Below the pieces are notes generated by a model. The model was not told the DNA's origin. It saw nothing but the letters and a program-made list of their open reading frames with translations, and searched no databases. From Cyanophora paradoxa CCMP329 (lineage: Eukaryota; Plantae; Glaucophyta): a stretch of DNA of 64,000 nucleotides. The stretch lies in assembly GCA_004431415.1 (NCBI GenBank), contig QPMI01000477.1, positions 496,001-560,000 of the forward strand. The letters are read 5' to 3'. A program made the translations under genes and the position numbers. Below, piece after piece: positions 1 through 13,830 of this stretch; position 1 is the first letter of the stretch, and each line of letters begins with the position of its first letter.

Positions 1-3000
1 GCTCCAGCGGCCCACCCGCAACTGCCATCGTGGAGCTGTTCTCAACGGATCCGCCCGTGCTCGCTCGTAGCACAGAGATCGATGCGACCGTCCACGGGGC
101 ATCGCTGAAGTACTGCAGCCGACCTGCACCATCCAGCAGCCCTCCGCCAGAGATCTCGCTTGCCAGCCGATCGCGAAGCGAAAGCAGCTCGCCCAATGCG
201 AACGACGTCGACAGCACCCGCAGCGGTGACGGCGCTAGCACAGCACTTGTCGACACCGACAGCCACACCTCCCCAGCGAAGCTTGCCCCGTGCACTCCCA
301 CCAAGCTGAACGGGAGCCCGACCGCGGGCTCCACCGAGTGCAGGCGCGGGGGCTCTGCTTCGGCTGTCAGAACAGCGAACGCGAGCTGCTGGATTCAAAG
401 GATTAGAAGCGAACACAGACCTAGCAGCTCCACAACGACTGAGCCAACGAATGCAGAGACCGAGACCGAAGCGAAGCCGATCACAGCTCGCGGCTCGCCC
501 AGCGACAACAGGCACGAAATCGCCACGCCGACCACGCCCGGGTTGCTACTGACGTCGACGGTCGTTCCGGCTGACGTCGTCGGTATACCGTCCACGATGC
601 AGGCTGGAAGCATGCCGGACTGGTTTCCGAAAGGGAACGACGATCCACTATAGCCAGGCGACGACACAACGGTAATCCACGGCGCGTTCAGATAGATGGT
701 CGAGCGGGATGGAGCAACCAGCGCCGGCAGCGCAGCCTCGGGGCCGGCCTCCACGATGCATTTGACGAGGCGCACGTCGTCGCTTGGGGCCCCGAGCGCG
801 AAGCTCGTGCTCCAGACGCACACGCCGTCGTCGCTCTCCTCGCATCCGCTGCCATCAGTGGGCCTCCAGCACAACGAAGACTCGACCGGGGGAACGCCTG
901 CATGCGCGTTCTCGGCAGAGTACGGATCACAGGCAAATACGCAAGCTCACGCACCAGCAATGTCGACGAGGGCGTCCTGTAAGGTGAAGCTCGCTCCGTC
1001 GGCGCTCAACTGCACAGCGTATGCACCAGCGCTGCTCGCGACCTCCACTACAGCAGCGCCACTGCTCAGAAGCCGCACGTGATATCCGGCGCCCAGGGCC
1101 ACCGTTGCACCAAACCGCGGAACGAGCCGGATCAGCGAGACCGTGCCCGGGAGCATGTCTCGTCCGGAGAGCAACAGCAGCGAGCCCGTTGCCTTGCCGC
1201 CGCCAGCAGACAGAGTGCGTGGCAGCGCGGCCAAGACAGCTGCCGGGCTGTGGAGCGGCACGTCCACGGCTCCGAGCTCCCCAGAGAGGCTCTCGACAAG
1301 ACGGACGTGTGCGACGCCAGCCTCAGCTCCCGCCGGAAGACTGCATCGCACGGCGGAGTTCGACACGAAATCAACGGCGTTGACTGCCGCCGGAGACACA
1401 GGGGCGGCAGCAGCGCGGGCTCCGCCGAACTGGCACCACAGCTGGCCCTGCTCCTGCCGCGCCGCCAGGCCCGCGCCCGCTGCCACCACGAACGGACTGC
1501 TGCTCAGTGCGAGATCATTCGAAATCGGTCTGCTCGCGTGCCAAACCAGGCCGGCGCCGAGCGCTGTCGAGGCCGGTCCTGCGTGCAGAAAACATCAAGT
1601 ATGTAATTGCAACAAAAAGCTCGAATTGCATTGATATTCTGCCCACCTGGCGAGGCGAGAGAGAGGGGCGAAGAAACGAACTCCTCGCCAGCCAGGCCGA
1701 TCTCCAGGAGCGCCGGTGCGGCAGACCCAACAGGCAACGTGGGAAGTAGTGCCGAAAGAGTAACTCCGGACGAGGACGGAATTCGAAGAGCGGTTTCACT
1801 CAATGCCAGAACTAAATCACGGTTGATGCGCCCCACGAGGGATGACGCCATCCTCCCGAATTGATCGGCGGGGAAAGTGACGACAATGGAAGCACCCGCT
1901 GGATCATCGGACGCCATGACCATGGCCGATGCGGACGACAGTCGCAGCTGCAACGGCGACATAACGCTGCCCGGAGTCGCCATGCGTGCTTGATCCATCG
2001 TTCCAGCTGCTTGTCCTTTGGCGGGTTCTATTATACGGATGATGGGATCAGACAATCAATGAATGAAAGGGAAGGTGCAGCGAAAAAGCGATCGCGATTT
2101 TGTGAATGAAACGTTGACGGACCAACAAATTGAACCATGCCAGTGTTGATCGATGCGACGCCCGCGATGGCTGTGCGGACCCACGCGAACCCTGCCGGCG
2201 GACCTGCGACTGTGCATCGCAGCACTCGAAGTGCCCGGCTGCCGCCCACGATCACAGCAGGCACGCTCCGGCCGTTGTGAAGCAGACACGTCGCTTCCTC
2301 CGACAGGACCGCTGATGAGTGGATCGAGCCGCGTGTGCCTTGCGCATCGAAGCCGTCAACAGCAAAGTGCACTGCGACAGCGCCGCGAGCGCCATCGTCT
2401 TGCATGACGGAATCGGCATCCGGCGCCGCCCATGGAACCACCTCCGTCAGGCTGGAGACAACTTGCGAAGCACCTGCAGGGCCCGCGGCAGCGGACCCGA
2501 GAGTGTGAATGATCGATGGCGCACAGGCGCTGCAGTTTGCCAGATCCAAATAGCGACATCTGGTGAAAGGGGACGCACCTCGATACCACAACAGCGCAGA
2601 CGAGGCGTCAGCAGCAAGTGCGGTTCCAGCAGCGCCCACCTCGATCGGCTCCACGCCCGGCGGGCGTGCGGACAGCGTGCAGACCCCGCTGGCTCCGGAG
2701 ACCCACACTTTTGCTCGCACGAAACACACGACGGTTGTCGCACCAGGCCGCTGCGGCATCTGAATAGCCACGTGCTCCCCACCATGTGTTGAAGCGGCAA
2801 ACGGTGAGGCTGGCACCAGTGGCGACCCAACATCTGAGAGACGAAGGCGTTGTCAGAAGAACGATCATAATCTGGCCAAACGTGCACGTACCTGCAGCAG
2901 CAAAAACGCCAGCATCAAGATATGTCACGCCGTCCGCAGACACCGCGAGCGTGAAGCTTGTCGTTGCGTTCAGCCGCGGAACGCTCGTCACCTCGCACAG

Positions 3001-6000
3001 CAGCAGCGCCGAGCTCAGCGCCCGCCCTGGCGCGGCCGGTACGAAGGGCGACCCTCGGCACCAAACACCAACACTCGCCGCCGTCCAGTCTCGAACCGGA
3101 ACGACAAGCCATGAGCCGGACTCCAACGGTCCCTCTGCAGGCGAGGGGCCGCCCACGGCAGGCTCGAAAACCCACACGAGCGCTGCCGTGCCCTCGACTG
3201 ATGCCAGAGCTGCCGGTCCGCTTGGCCGCGCAAATGCTGCATCCAATCGCAAACCGTGCATCAGACCACCCGAAAAGGCAAGGCCACGACGGCGGTCTTC
3301 TGCACCTTGCGTGAGCAGCGGAAAGACATCGCTCGGATGACCCGGATGCCACGCCTCGCCCGCCAAAATCAGCTGCCGTGCCGCCGCGCGGGCCGGGAGC
3401 ACGCATGAAAGCGATGTGCCCAGCGTGCTGTCGGAGCTTGACGGCAGCGCATGCACAACCACCACAGAAGCCGATGATGAGCGCAGTGCGCACACCAGCT
3501 GCACTGACGCCACAGAGCCTGGCCCTGAAGCTGTCACGAGGGCGCCCCCCGTCTCCGCTAGAGATGTTGTCAGCGCGCCGGCCCCAGGCAGAGCGCTCGA
3601 GTTGTCCAAGGCGCTCCTATCGCCGTTGCGAATGGCGATCCCGGCTCCGGAGAGCGCGTTGGCTTTCTCAGCGCCAAGCTCCACGCCTCCTGCAATAACC
3701 AGCTCCGTCGCCTTCCAACCCGCCGCTGAGGAGAGGTCAGTCAGAGACCATTCACCAAGCGCCAATATAACCGTAACCAAGATCAGCGTGCGCACTGCGC
3801 GGCTCAAGCAGACCCGTTGCGTCCAGTGCAAGCCAGTCCTCGCCAAACGCTGCAGCTGCACCTGCTGTCGGCGGTGCAAGCTCCACAAACGCCAGCGCTG
3901 ACGATGCGACCGCAGCCATTGACGGCCCCAGCACCATGCTGTCCTGATGCGTGTATGCGACAGCCCGCTCCCCGATCGTGCCCAGATTGCGGCCCCGAAA
4001 CAAGACAAGCGCGAAAGGCCCCGCCGCCATGGGAGCGACGCCGGACACGAAAGCAGGCTCTGCTCGCGTCTCAGACGACGGCCACAGAGATCGCTCACAG
4101 AGGGCACGTGGAAAACACGAGATCGCACCGGTAACCGCGACCGTTGCAGATGGCCCTGCCGCACCCCCGAGCGCCAACGCCACAAAGCCTGCAACAGACC
4201 GCACCGGCTGCACAGATGCCCGAAACGAGCCCGCGACCGTCCCAATACTGCAGCGCACGACGTGCAAGTCCAGCGATCCTGAACCCGATGGCGCCTGCAC
4301 CGTGGCCAATTCCACTGCGTTGCCATCTACAACGCAGTGTGTCGCTGCTGAAGGGCTCGCGACTGCCACGGATGTCCCTGTCGCAAGCATCGAGACGCGA
4401 GTTGCCATAGGCAGAGGCAGCGGGCCCGCTGGTGCAGACGCAAAGGTGAACGGAAGCGAGCCGCCGACAGCTGCAGCTGGCTCCGCCTCCCAAGCGACCT
4501 CAACGGCTGCCGTTCCCAGCGCCACCTGCCCGAGCGGGACAACCTCGTCTACGCTGACAAGAAGTCGCATTGCCTGGCTGGTCGCGCGCCAGTCCGCGGT
4601 GGTCGTCCATGCTGGCGGCGGGACCTCGCACAGCAATGCCGCGGACGACAAGCCGCGCGACCTGAGCCCCTGAAGACCGCCGACGTTGCACTGCAGGTGC
4701 GCTTCTCCGGTGGGAAGGCCAGCGGATTCCAGGACGACGAGTGTGCTCTCGCTCAGAGGCACCAACGAGGGCACTGCTCTTGAGATGGCGCCTGGTTCTG
4801 CAGACGGCATGAGCATCGCCACCATCGTCCAGGCACGAGCAGACAGCATGTGAGGCCCATTGACACTCACCGCGCAAGGCCACCTGCAGCAATGCCAGCA
4901 GCTGCACGCCATCCACATTGACAAACACGGCGACAAAGCCGGCGGGCTGGCCCATGATCGAGCACGAGAACAATGCCCGCGTCATTGCACCACTGCCTCC
5001 CAAGTCCGAGCGTGTCGCTGGCACGCTTCGCCCACCTGCTCCAAACCGACACACTGCCCGCGACCCGCTCGTTGAGAGCACGAACGTGACGGCGCTCCTG
5101 CCGGCATCCCTATCCATCTCTGCTGGCAGGACGAGCGATGATAATACCGCGACAGGAGTTGCAGTCGTGCGGCCGGCTAGCGCTGCGAGGGCGGAATGAA
5201 GTCAGCCCCCCATTACAAGAACTTCACGCTAGACTTGAATGGGCCCGTGCGCACCAGGTTGCAGGTACGAGATGCGTGTTGGCACCAGCGACGGGTTTGT
5301 GGCACCCCCCACAATCACGGAAACGTCGTCGTGCAGCGCCGCCCGAGCCGGCAGCACACACCCGTCACTCCAGCCCGCCACGACCACTTTCGAGCCAACG
5401 ATGCAGCCGATGGAGCCCGCGAGTGGTCGCGCCCGCCCAGTCAGAGACAGTATTGAGCCCCCGAGACCGCTCGCTGCGCTGCCGGCGGGGCTAAGATCCG
5501 GAGCCTGCACCCACGTGAACAGGAGCGACGACGACGATGATGCGGTCACATCTCCAGAGGAAGTCGTCATGCTCGCCGCAAGGCGCACTGATACAACGCC
5601 TGCCTCGTAATCACCCGCCAGCACATCACAGAACACCGCCGCCGTTGAAAGAACGCGACCACGGGCAGAGAGCCGCCCGCCACCATTCGCGTTGGGGATG
5701 GAGCAGTGCACTGTCGGCGCCGTCCAATGCCTCGCATCTAGCATAACCCAACTGTCAAGCCCGAGATGGCCCTCCACTGGCGTGGCGGCGAGCACTGCGG
5801 CGTCAGCTGCAGCTGTTGAAATGGACGTAGTTGTCGAGATGGCTGTCGTTTGCGGAATCGAGTCCTTGACGATCGCATCCGTTACGAACTCTGCACTGGA
5901 TCCGAAAATCCCTGCCAGCAGCAGCACCGTCCCTGGCCGGCGCGCCGGCTGCAGGCAGGTCACGGTCGGCGTCGACCGGGGATCCTCCGGCTGCGCCATC

Positions 6001-9000
6001 ACCACGATGGCCGACCGTGACGACGACACGAAGATGCAATGCACTGCGGCCAGGGGCGGGGCCGCCCCGCCGGCGACGCCCGAAACCTCCAGCAACATCC
6101 CCCCAGCGACGTTGAGCTCCAGCGGCCCACCCGCAACTGCCGTCGTGGAGCTGTTCTCAACGGATCCGCCCGTGCTCGCTCGTAGCACAGAGATCGATGC
6201 GACCGTCCACGGGGCATCGCTGAAGTACTGCAGCCGACCTGCGCCATCCAGCAGCCCTCCGCCAGAGATCTCGCTTGCCAGCCGATCGCGAAGCGAAAGC
6301 AGCTCGCCCAATGCGAACGACGTCGACAGCACCCGCAGCGGCGACAGCGCTAGCACAGCACTTGTCGACACCGACAGCCACACCTCCCCAGCGAAGCTTG
6401 CCCCGTGCACTCCCACCAAGCTGAACGGGAGCCCGACCGCGGGCTCCACCGAGTGCAGGCGCGGGGGCTCTGCTTCGGCTGTCAGAACAGCGAACGCGAG
6501 CTGCTGGATTCAAAGGATAAGAAGCGAACGCAGACCTAGCAGCTCCACAACGACTGAGCCAACGAATGCAGAGACCGAGACCGAAGCGAAGCCGATCACA
6601 GCTCGCGGCTCGCCCAGCGACAACAGGCACGAAATCGCCACGCCGACCACGCCCGGGTTGCTACTGACGTCGACGATCGTTCCGGCTGACGTCGTCGGTA
6701 TACCGTCCACGATGCAGGCTGGAAGCATGCCGGACTGGTTTCCGAAAGGGAACGACAATTCACTATAGCCAGGCGACGACACAACGGTAATCCGCGGCGC
6801 GTTCAGATAGACGGTCGAGCGGGATGGAGCAACCAGCGCCGGCAGCGCAGCCTCGGGGCCGGCCTCCACGATGCATTTGACGAGGCGCACGTCGTCGCTT
6901 GGACCCCCGAGCGCGAAGCTCGTGCTCCAGACGCACACGCCGTCGTCGCTCTCCTCGCATCCGCTGCCATCAGTGGGCCTCCAGCACAACGAAGACTCGA
7001 CCGGGGGAACGCCTGCATGCGCGTTCTCGGCAGAGTACAGATCACAGGCAAATACGCAAGCTCACGCACCAGCGATGTCGACGAGGGCGTCCTGTGAGGT
7101 GAAGCTCGCTCCGTCGGCGCTCAACTGCACAGCGTATGCACCAGCGCTGCTCGCGACCTCCACTACAGCAGCGCCACTGCTCAGAAGCCGCACGTGATAT
7201 CCGGCGCCCAGGGCCACCGTTGCACCAAACCGCGGAACGAGCCGGATCAGCGAGACCGTGCCCGGGAGCATGTCTCGTCCGGCGAGCAACAGCAGCGAGC
7301 CCGTTGCCTCGCCGCCGCCAGCAGACAGAGTGCGTGGCAGCGCGGCCAAGACAGCTGCCGGGCTGTGGAGCGGCACGTCCACGGCTCCGAGCTGCCCAGA
7401 GAGGCTCTCGACAAGACGGACGTGTGCGACGCCAGCCTCAGCTCCCGCCGGAAGACTGCATCGCACAGCGGATTTCGACGCGAAATCGACGGCGTTGACT
7501 GCCACCGGAGACACAGGGACGGCAGCAGCGCGGGGTCCGCCGAACTGGCACCACAGCTGGCCCTGCTCCTGCCGCGCCGCCAGGCCCGCGCCCGCTGCCA
7601 CCACGAACGGACTGCTGCTCAGTGCGAGACCATTCGAAATCGGTCTGCTCGCGTGCCAAACCAGGCCGGCGCCGAGCGCTGTCGAGGCCGGTCCTGCGTG
7701 CAGAAAACATCAAGTATGTAATTGCAACAAAAAGCTCGAATTGCATTAATATTCTGCCCACCTGGCGAGGCGAGAGAGAGGGGTGAAGAAACGAACTCCT
7801 CGCCAGCCAGGCCGATCTCCAGGAGCGCCGGTGCGGCAGACCCAACAGGCAACGTGGGAAGTAGTGCCGAAAGAGTAACTCCGGACGAGGACGGAATTCG
7901 AAGAGCGGTTTCACTCAATGCCAGAACTAAATCACGGTTGATGCGCCCCACGGGGGATGACGCCATCCTCCCGAATTGATCGGCGGGGAAAGTGACGACA
8001 ATGGAAGCACCCGCTGGATCATCGGACGCCATGACCATGGCCAATGCGGACGACAGTCGCAGCTGCAACGGCGACATAACGCTGCCCGGAGTCGCCATGC
8101 GTGCTTGATCCATCGTTCCAGCTGCTTGTCCTTTGGCGGGTTCTATTATACGGATGATGGGATCAGACAATCAATGAATGAAAGGGAAGGTGCAGCGAAA
8201 AAACGATCGCGATTTTGTGAATGAACCGTTGACGGACCAACAAATTGAACCATGCCAGTGTTGATCGATGTGACGCCCGCGATGGCTGTGCGGACCCACG
8301 CGAACCCTGCCGGCGGACCTGCGACTGTGCATCGCAGCACTCGAAGTGCCCGGCTGCCGCCCACGATCACAGCAGGCACGCTCCGGCCGTTGTGAAGCAG
8401 ACACGTCGCTTCCTCCGACAGGACCGCTGATGAGTGGATCGAGCCACGTGTGCCTTGCGCATCGAAGCCGTCAACAGCAAAGTGCACTGCGACAGCGCTG
8501 CGAGCGCCATCGTCTTGCATGACGGAATCGGCATCCGGCGCCGCCCATGGAACCACCTCCGTCAGGCTTGAGACAACTTGCGAAGCACCTGCAGGGCCCG
8601 CGGCAGCGGACCCGAGAGTGTGAATGATCGATGGTGCACAGGCGCTGCAGTTTGCCAGATCCAAATAGCGACATCTGGTGAAAGGGGACGCACCTCGATA
8701 CCACAACAGCGCAGACGAGGCGTCAGCAGCAAGTGCGGTTCCAGCAGCGCCCACCTCGATCGGCTCCACGCCCGGCGGGCGTGCGGGCAGCGTGCAGACC
8801 CCGCTGGCTCCGGAGACCCACACTTTTGCTCGCACGAAACACACGACGGTTGTCGCACCAGGCCGCTGCGGCATCTGAATAGCCACGTGCTCCCCACCAT
8901 GTGTTGAAGCGGCAAACGGTGAGGCTGGCCATGGCACCAGTGGCGACCCAACATCTGAGAGACGAAGGCGTTGTCAGAAGAACGATCATAATCTGGCCAA

Positions 9001-12000
9001 ACGTGCACGTACCTGCAGCAGCAAAAACGCCAGCATCAAGATATGTCACGCCGTCCGCAGACACCGCGAGCGTGAAGCTTGTCGTTGCGTTCAGCCGCGG
9101 AACGCTCGTCACCTCGCACAGCAGCAGCGCCGAGCTCAGCGCCCGCCCTGGCGCGGCCGGTACGAAGGGCGACCCTCGGCACCAAACACCAACACTCGCC
9201 GCCGTCCAGTCTCGAACCGGAACGACAAGCCATGAGCCGGACTCCAACGGTCCCTCTGCAGGCGAGGGGCCGCCCACGGCAGGCTCGAAAACCCACACGA
9301 GCGCTGCCGTGCCCTCGACTGATGCCAGAGCTGCCGGTCCGCTTGGCCGCGCAAATGCTGCATCCAATCGCAAACCGTGCATCAGACCACCCGAAAAGGC
9401 AAGGCCACGACGGCGGTCTTCTGCACCTTGCGTGAGCAGCGGAAAGACATCGCTCGGATGACCCGGATGCCACGCCTCGCCCGCCGAAATCAGCTGCCGT
9501 GCCGCCGCGCGGGCCGGGAGCACGCATGAAAGCGACGTGCCCAGCGTGCTGTCGGAGCTTGACCGCAGCGCATGCACAACCACCACAGAAGCCGATGATG
9601 AGCGCAGCGCGCACACCAGCTGCACTGACGCCACAAAGCCTGGCCCTGAAGCTGTCACGAGGGCGCCCCCCGTCTCCGCTAGAGATGTCGTCAGCGCGCC
9701 GGCCCCAGGCAGCGCGGTCGAGTTGTCCAAGGCGCGGCTATCGCCGTTGCGAATGACGATCCTGGCTCCGGAGAGCGCGTTGGCTTTCTCAGCGCCAAGC
9801 TCCACGCCTCCTGCAATAACCAGCTCCGTCGCCTTCCAACCCGCCGCTGAGGAGAGGTCAGTCAGAGACCATTCACCAAGCGCCAATATAACCGTAACCA
9901 AGATCAGCGTGCGCACTGCGCGGCTCAAGCAGACCCGTTGCGTCCAGTGCAAGCCAGTCCTCGCCAAACGCTGCAGCTGCACCTGCTGTCGGCGGTGCAA
10001 GCTCCACAAACGCCAGCGCTGACGATGCGACCGCAGCCATTGACAGCCCCAGCACCATGCTGTCCTGATGCGTGAATGCGACAGCCCGCTCCCCGATCGT
10101 GCCCAGATTGCGGCCCCGAAACAAGACAAGCGCGAAAGGCCCCGCCGCCATGGGAGCGACGCCGGACACGAAAGCAGGCTCTGCTCGCGTCTCAGACGAC
10201 GGCCACAGAGATCGCTCACAGAGGGCACGTGGAAAACACGAGATCGCACCGGTAACCGCGACCGTTGCAGATGGCCCTGCCGCGCCCCCGAGCGCCAACG
10301 CCACAAAGCCTGCAACAGACCGCACCGGCTGCACAGATGCCCGAAACGAGCCCGCGACCGTCCCAATACTGCAGCGCACGACGTGTACGTCCAGCGATCC
10401 TGAACCCGATGGCGCCTGCACCGTGGCCAATTCCACTGCGTTGCCATCTACAACGCAGTGTGTCGCTGCTGAAGGGCTCACGACTGCCACGGATGTCCCT
10501 GTCGCAAGCATCGAGACGCGAGTTGCCATAGGCAGAGGCAGCGGGCCCGCTGGTGCAGACGCAAAGGTGAACGGAAGCGAGCCGCCGACAGCTGCAGCTG
10601 GCTCCGCCTCCCAAGCGACCTCAACGGCTGCTGTCCCCAGCGCCACCTGCCCGAGCGGGACAACCTCGTCTACGCTGACAAGAAGTCGCATTGCCTGGCT
10701 GGTCGCGCGCCAGTCCGCGGTGGTCGTCCATGCTGGCGGCGGGACCTCGCACAGCAATGCCGCGGACGACAAGCCGCGCGACCTGAGCCCCTGAAGACCG
10801 CCGACGTTGCATTGCAGGTGCGCTTCTCCGGTGGGAAGGCCAGCGGATTCCAGGACGACGAGTGTGCTCTCGCTCAGAGGCACCAACGAGGGCACTGCTC
10901 TTGAGATGGCGCCTGGTTCTGCAGACGGCATGAGCATCGCCACCATCGTCCAGGCACGAGCAGACAGCATGTGAGGCCCATTGACACTCACCGCGCAAGG
11001 CCACCTGCAGCAATGCCGGCAGCTGCACGCGTACGCCATCCACGTCAACAAACACGGCGACAAAGCCGGCGGGCTGGCCCATGATCGAGCACGAGAACAA
11101 CGCCCGCGTCATTGCACCACTGCCTCCCAAGTCCGAGCGTGTTGCTGGCACGCTTCGCCCACCTGCTCCAAACCGACACACTGCCCGCGACCCGCTTGTT
11201 GAGAGCACGAACGTGACGGCGCTCCTGCCGGCATCCCTATCCATCTCTGCTGGCAGGACGAGCGATGATGATACCGCGACAGGAGTTGCAGTCGTGCGGC
11301 CGGCTAGCGCTGCGAGGGCGGAATGAAGTCAGCCCCCCATTACAAGAACTTCACGCTAGACTTGAATGGGCCCGTGCGCACCAGGTTGCAGGTACGAGAT
11401 GCGTGTTGGCACCAGCGACGGGTTTGTGGCACCCCCCACAATCACGGAAACGTCGTCGTGCAGCGCCGCCCGAGCCGGCAGCACACACCCGTCACTCCAG
11501 CCCGCCACGACCACTTTCGAGCCAACGATGCAGCCGATGGAGCCCGCGAGTGGTCGCGCCCGCCCAGTCAGAGACAGTATTGAGCCCCCGAGACCGCTCG
11601 CTGCGCTGCCGGCGGGGCTAAGATCCGGAGCCTGCACCCACGTGAACAGGAGCGACGACGACGATGATGCGGTCACATCTCCAGAGGAAGTCGTCATGCT
11701 CGCCGCAAGGCGCACTGATACAACGCCTGCCTCGTAATCACCCGCCAGCACCTCACAGAACACCGCCGCCGTTGAAAGAACGCGACCACGGGAAGAGAGC
11801 CGCCCGCCACCATTCGCGTTGGGGATGGAGCAGTGCACTGTCGGCGCCGTCCAATGCCTCGCATCTAGCATAACCCAACTGTCGAGCCCGACATGGCCCT
11901 CCACTGGCGTGGCGGCGAGCACTGTGGCGTCAGCTGCAGCTGTTGAAATGGACGTTGTTGTCGAGATGGCTGTCGTTTGCGGAATCGAGTCCTTGACGAT

Positions 12001-13830
12001 CGCATCCGTTACGAACTCTGCACTGGATCCGCCAATCCCTGCCAGCAGCAGCACCGTCCCTGGCCGGCGCGCCGGCTGCAGGCAGGTCACGGTCGGCGTC
12101 GACCGGGGATCCTCCGGCTGCGCCATCACCACGATGGCCGACCGTGACGACGACACGAAGATGCAATGCACTGCGGCCAGGGGCGGGGCCGCCCCGCCGG
12201 CGACGCCCGAAACCTCCAGCAACATCCCCCCAGCGACGTTGAGCTCCAGCGGCCCACCCGCAACTGCCGTCGTGGAGCTGTTCTCAACGGATCCGCCCGT
12301 GCTCGCTCGTAGCACAGAGATCGATGCGACCGTCCACGGGGCATCGCTGAAGTACTGCAGCCGACCTGCGCCATCCAGCAGCCCTCCGCCAGAGATCTCG
12401 CTTGCCAGCCGATCGCGAAGCGAAAGCAGCTCGCCCACTGCAAACGACGTCGACAGCACCCGCAGCGGCGACGGCGCTAGCACAGCACTTGTCGACACCG
12501 AGAGCCACACCTCCCCAGCGAAGCTTGCCCCGTGCACTCCCACCAAGCTGAACGGGAGCCCGACCGCGGGCTCCACCGAGTGCAGGCGCGGGGGCTCTGC
12601 TTCGGCTGTCAGAACAGCGAACGCGAGCTGCTGGATTCAAAGGATAAGAAGCGAACACAGACCTAGCAGCTCCACAACGACTGAGCCAACGAATGCAGAG
12701 ACCGAGACCGAAGCGAAGCCGATCACAGCTCGCGGCTTGCCCAGCGACAACAGGCACGAAATCGCCACGCCGACCACGCCCGGGTTGCTACTGACGTCGA
12801 CGGTCGTTCCGGCTGACGTCGTCGGTATACCGTCCACGATGCAGGCTGGAAGCATGCCGGACTGGTTTCCGAAAGGGAACGACGATCTACTATAGCCAGG
12901 CGACGACACAACGGTAATCCGCGGCGCGTTCAGATAGACGGTCGAGCGGGATGGAGCAACCAGCGCCGGCACCGCAGCCTCGGGGCCGGCCTCCACGATG
13001 CATTTGACGAGGCGCACGTCGTCGCTTGGAGCCCCGAGCGCGAAGCTCGTGCTCCAGACGCAAACGCCGTCGTCGCTCTCCTCGCATCCGCTGCCATCAG
13101 TGGGCCTCCAGCACAACGAAGACTCGACCGGGGGAACGCCTGCATGCGCGTTCTCGGCAGAGTACAGATCACAGGCAAATACGCAAGCTCACGCACCAGC
13201 GATGTCGACGAGGGCGTCCTGTGAGGTGAAGCTCGCTCCGTCGGCGCTCAACTGCACAGCGTATGCACCAGCGCTGCTCGCGACTTCCACCACAGCAGCG
13301 CCACTGCTCAGAAGCCGCGCGTGATATCCGGCGCCCAGGACCGCCGTTGGACCAAACCGCGGAACGAGCCGGATCAGCGAGACCGTGCCCGGGAGCATGT
13401 CTCGTCCGGCGAGCAACAGCAGCGAGCCCGTTGCCTTGCCGTCGCCAGCAGACAGAGTGCGTGGCAGTGCGGCCAAGACAGCTGCCGGGCTGTGGAGCGG
13501 CACGTCCACGGCTCCGAGCTCCCCAGAGAGGCTCTCGACAAGACGGACGTGTGCGACGCCAGCCTCAGCTCCCGCCGGAAGACTGCATCGCACGGCGGAG
13601 TTCGACGCGAAATCGACGGCGTTGACTGCCGCCGGAGACACAGGGGCGGCAGCAGCGCGGGCTCCGCCGAACTGGCACCACAGCTGGCCCTGCTCCTGCC
13701 GCGCCGCCAGGCCCGCGCCCGCTGCCACCACGAACGGACTGCTGCTCAGTGCGAGACCATTCGAAATCGGTCTGCTCGCGTGCCAAACCAGGCCGGCGCC
13801 GAGCGCTGTCGAGGCCGGTCCTGCGTGCAG
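1..13830. repeat. Intragenic direct tandem repeat, unit ~6.12 kb (1-6115, 6116-12242, partial 12243-~13830)
   Basis: gctccagcggcccacccgcaactgcc recurs at 1, 6116 and 12243. The ORF track repeats at offsets 6115/6121/6127. The copies differ by scattered substitutions and two 6-nt indels. Confidence 0.97.
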
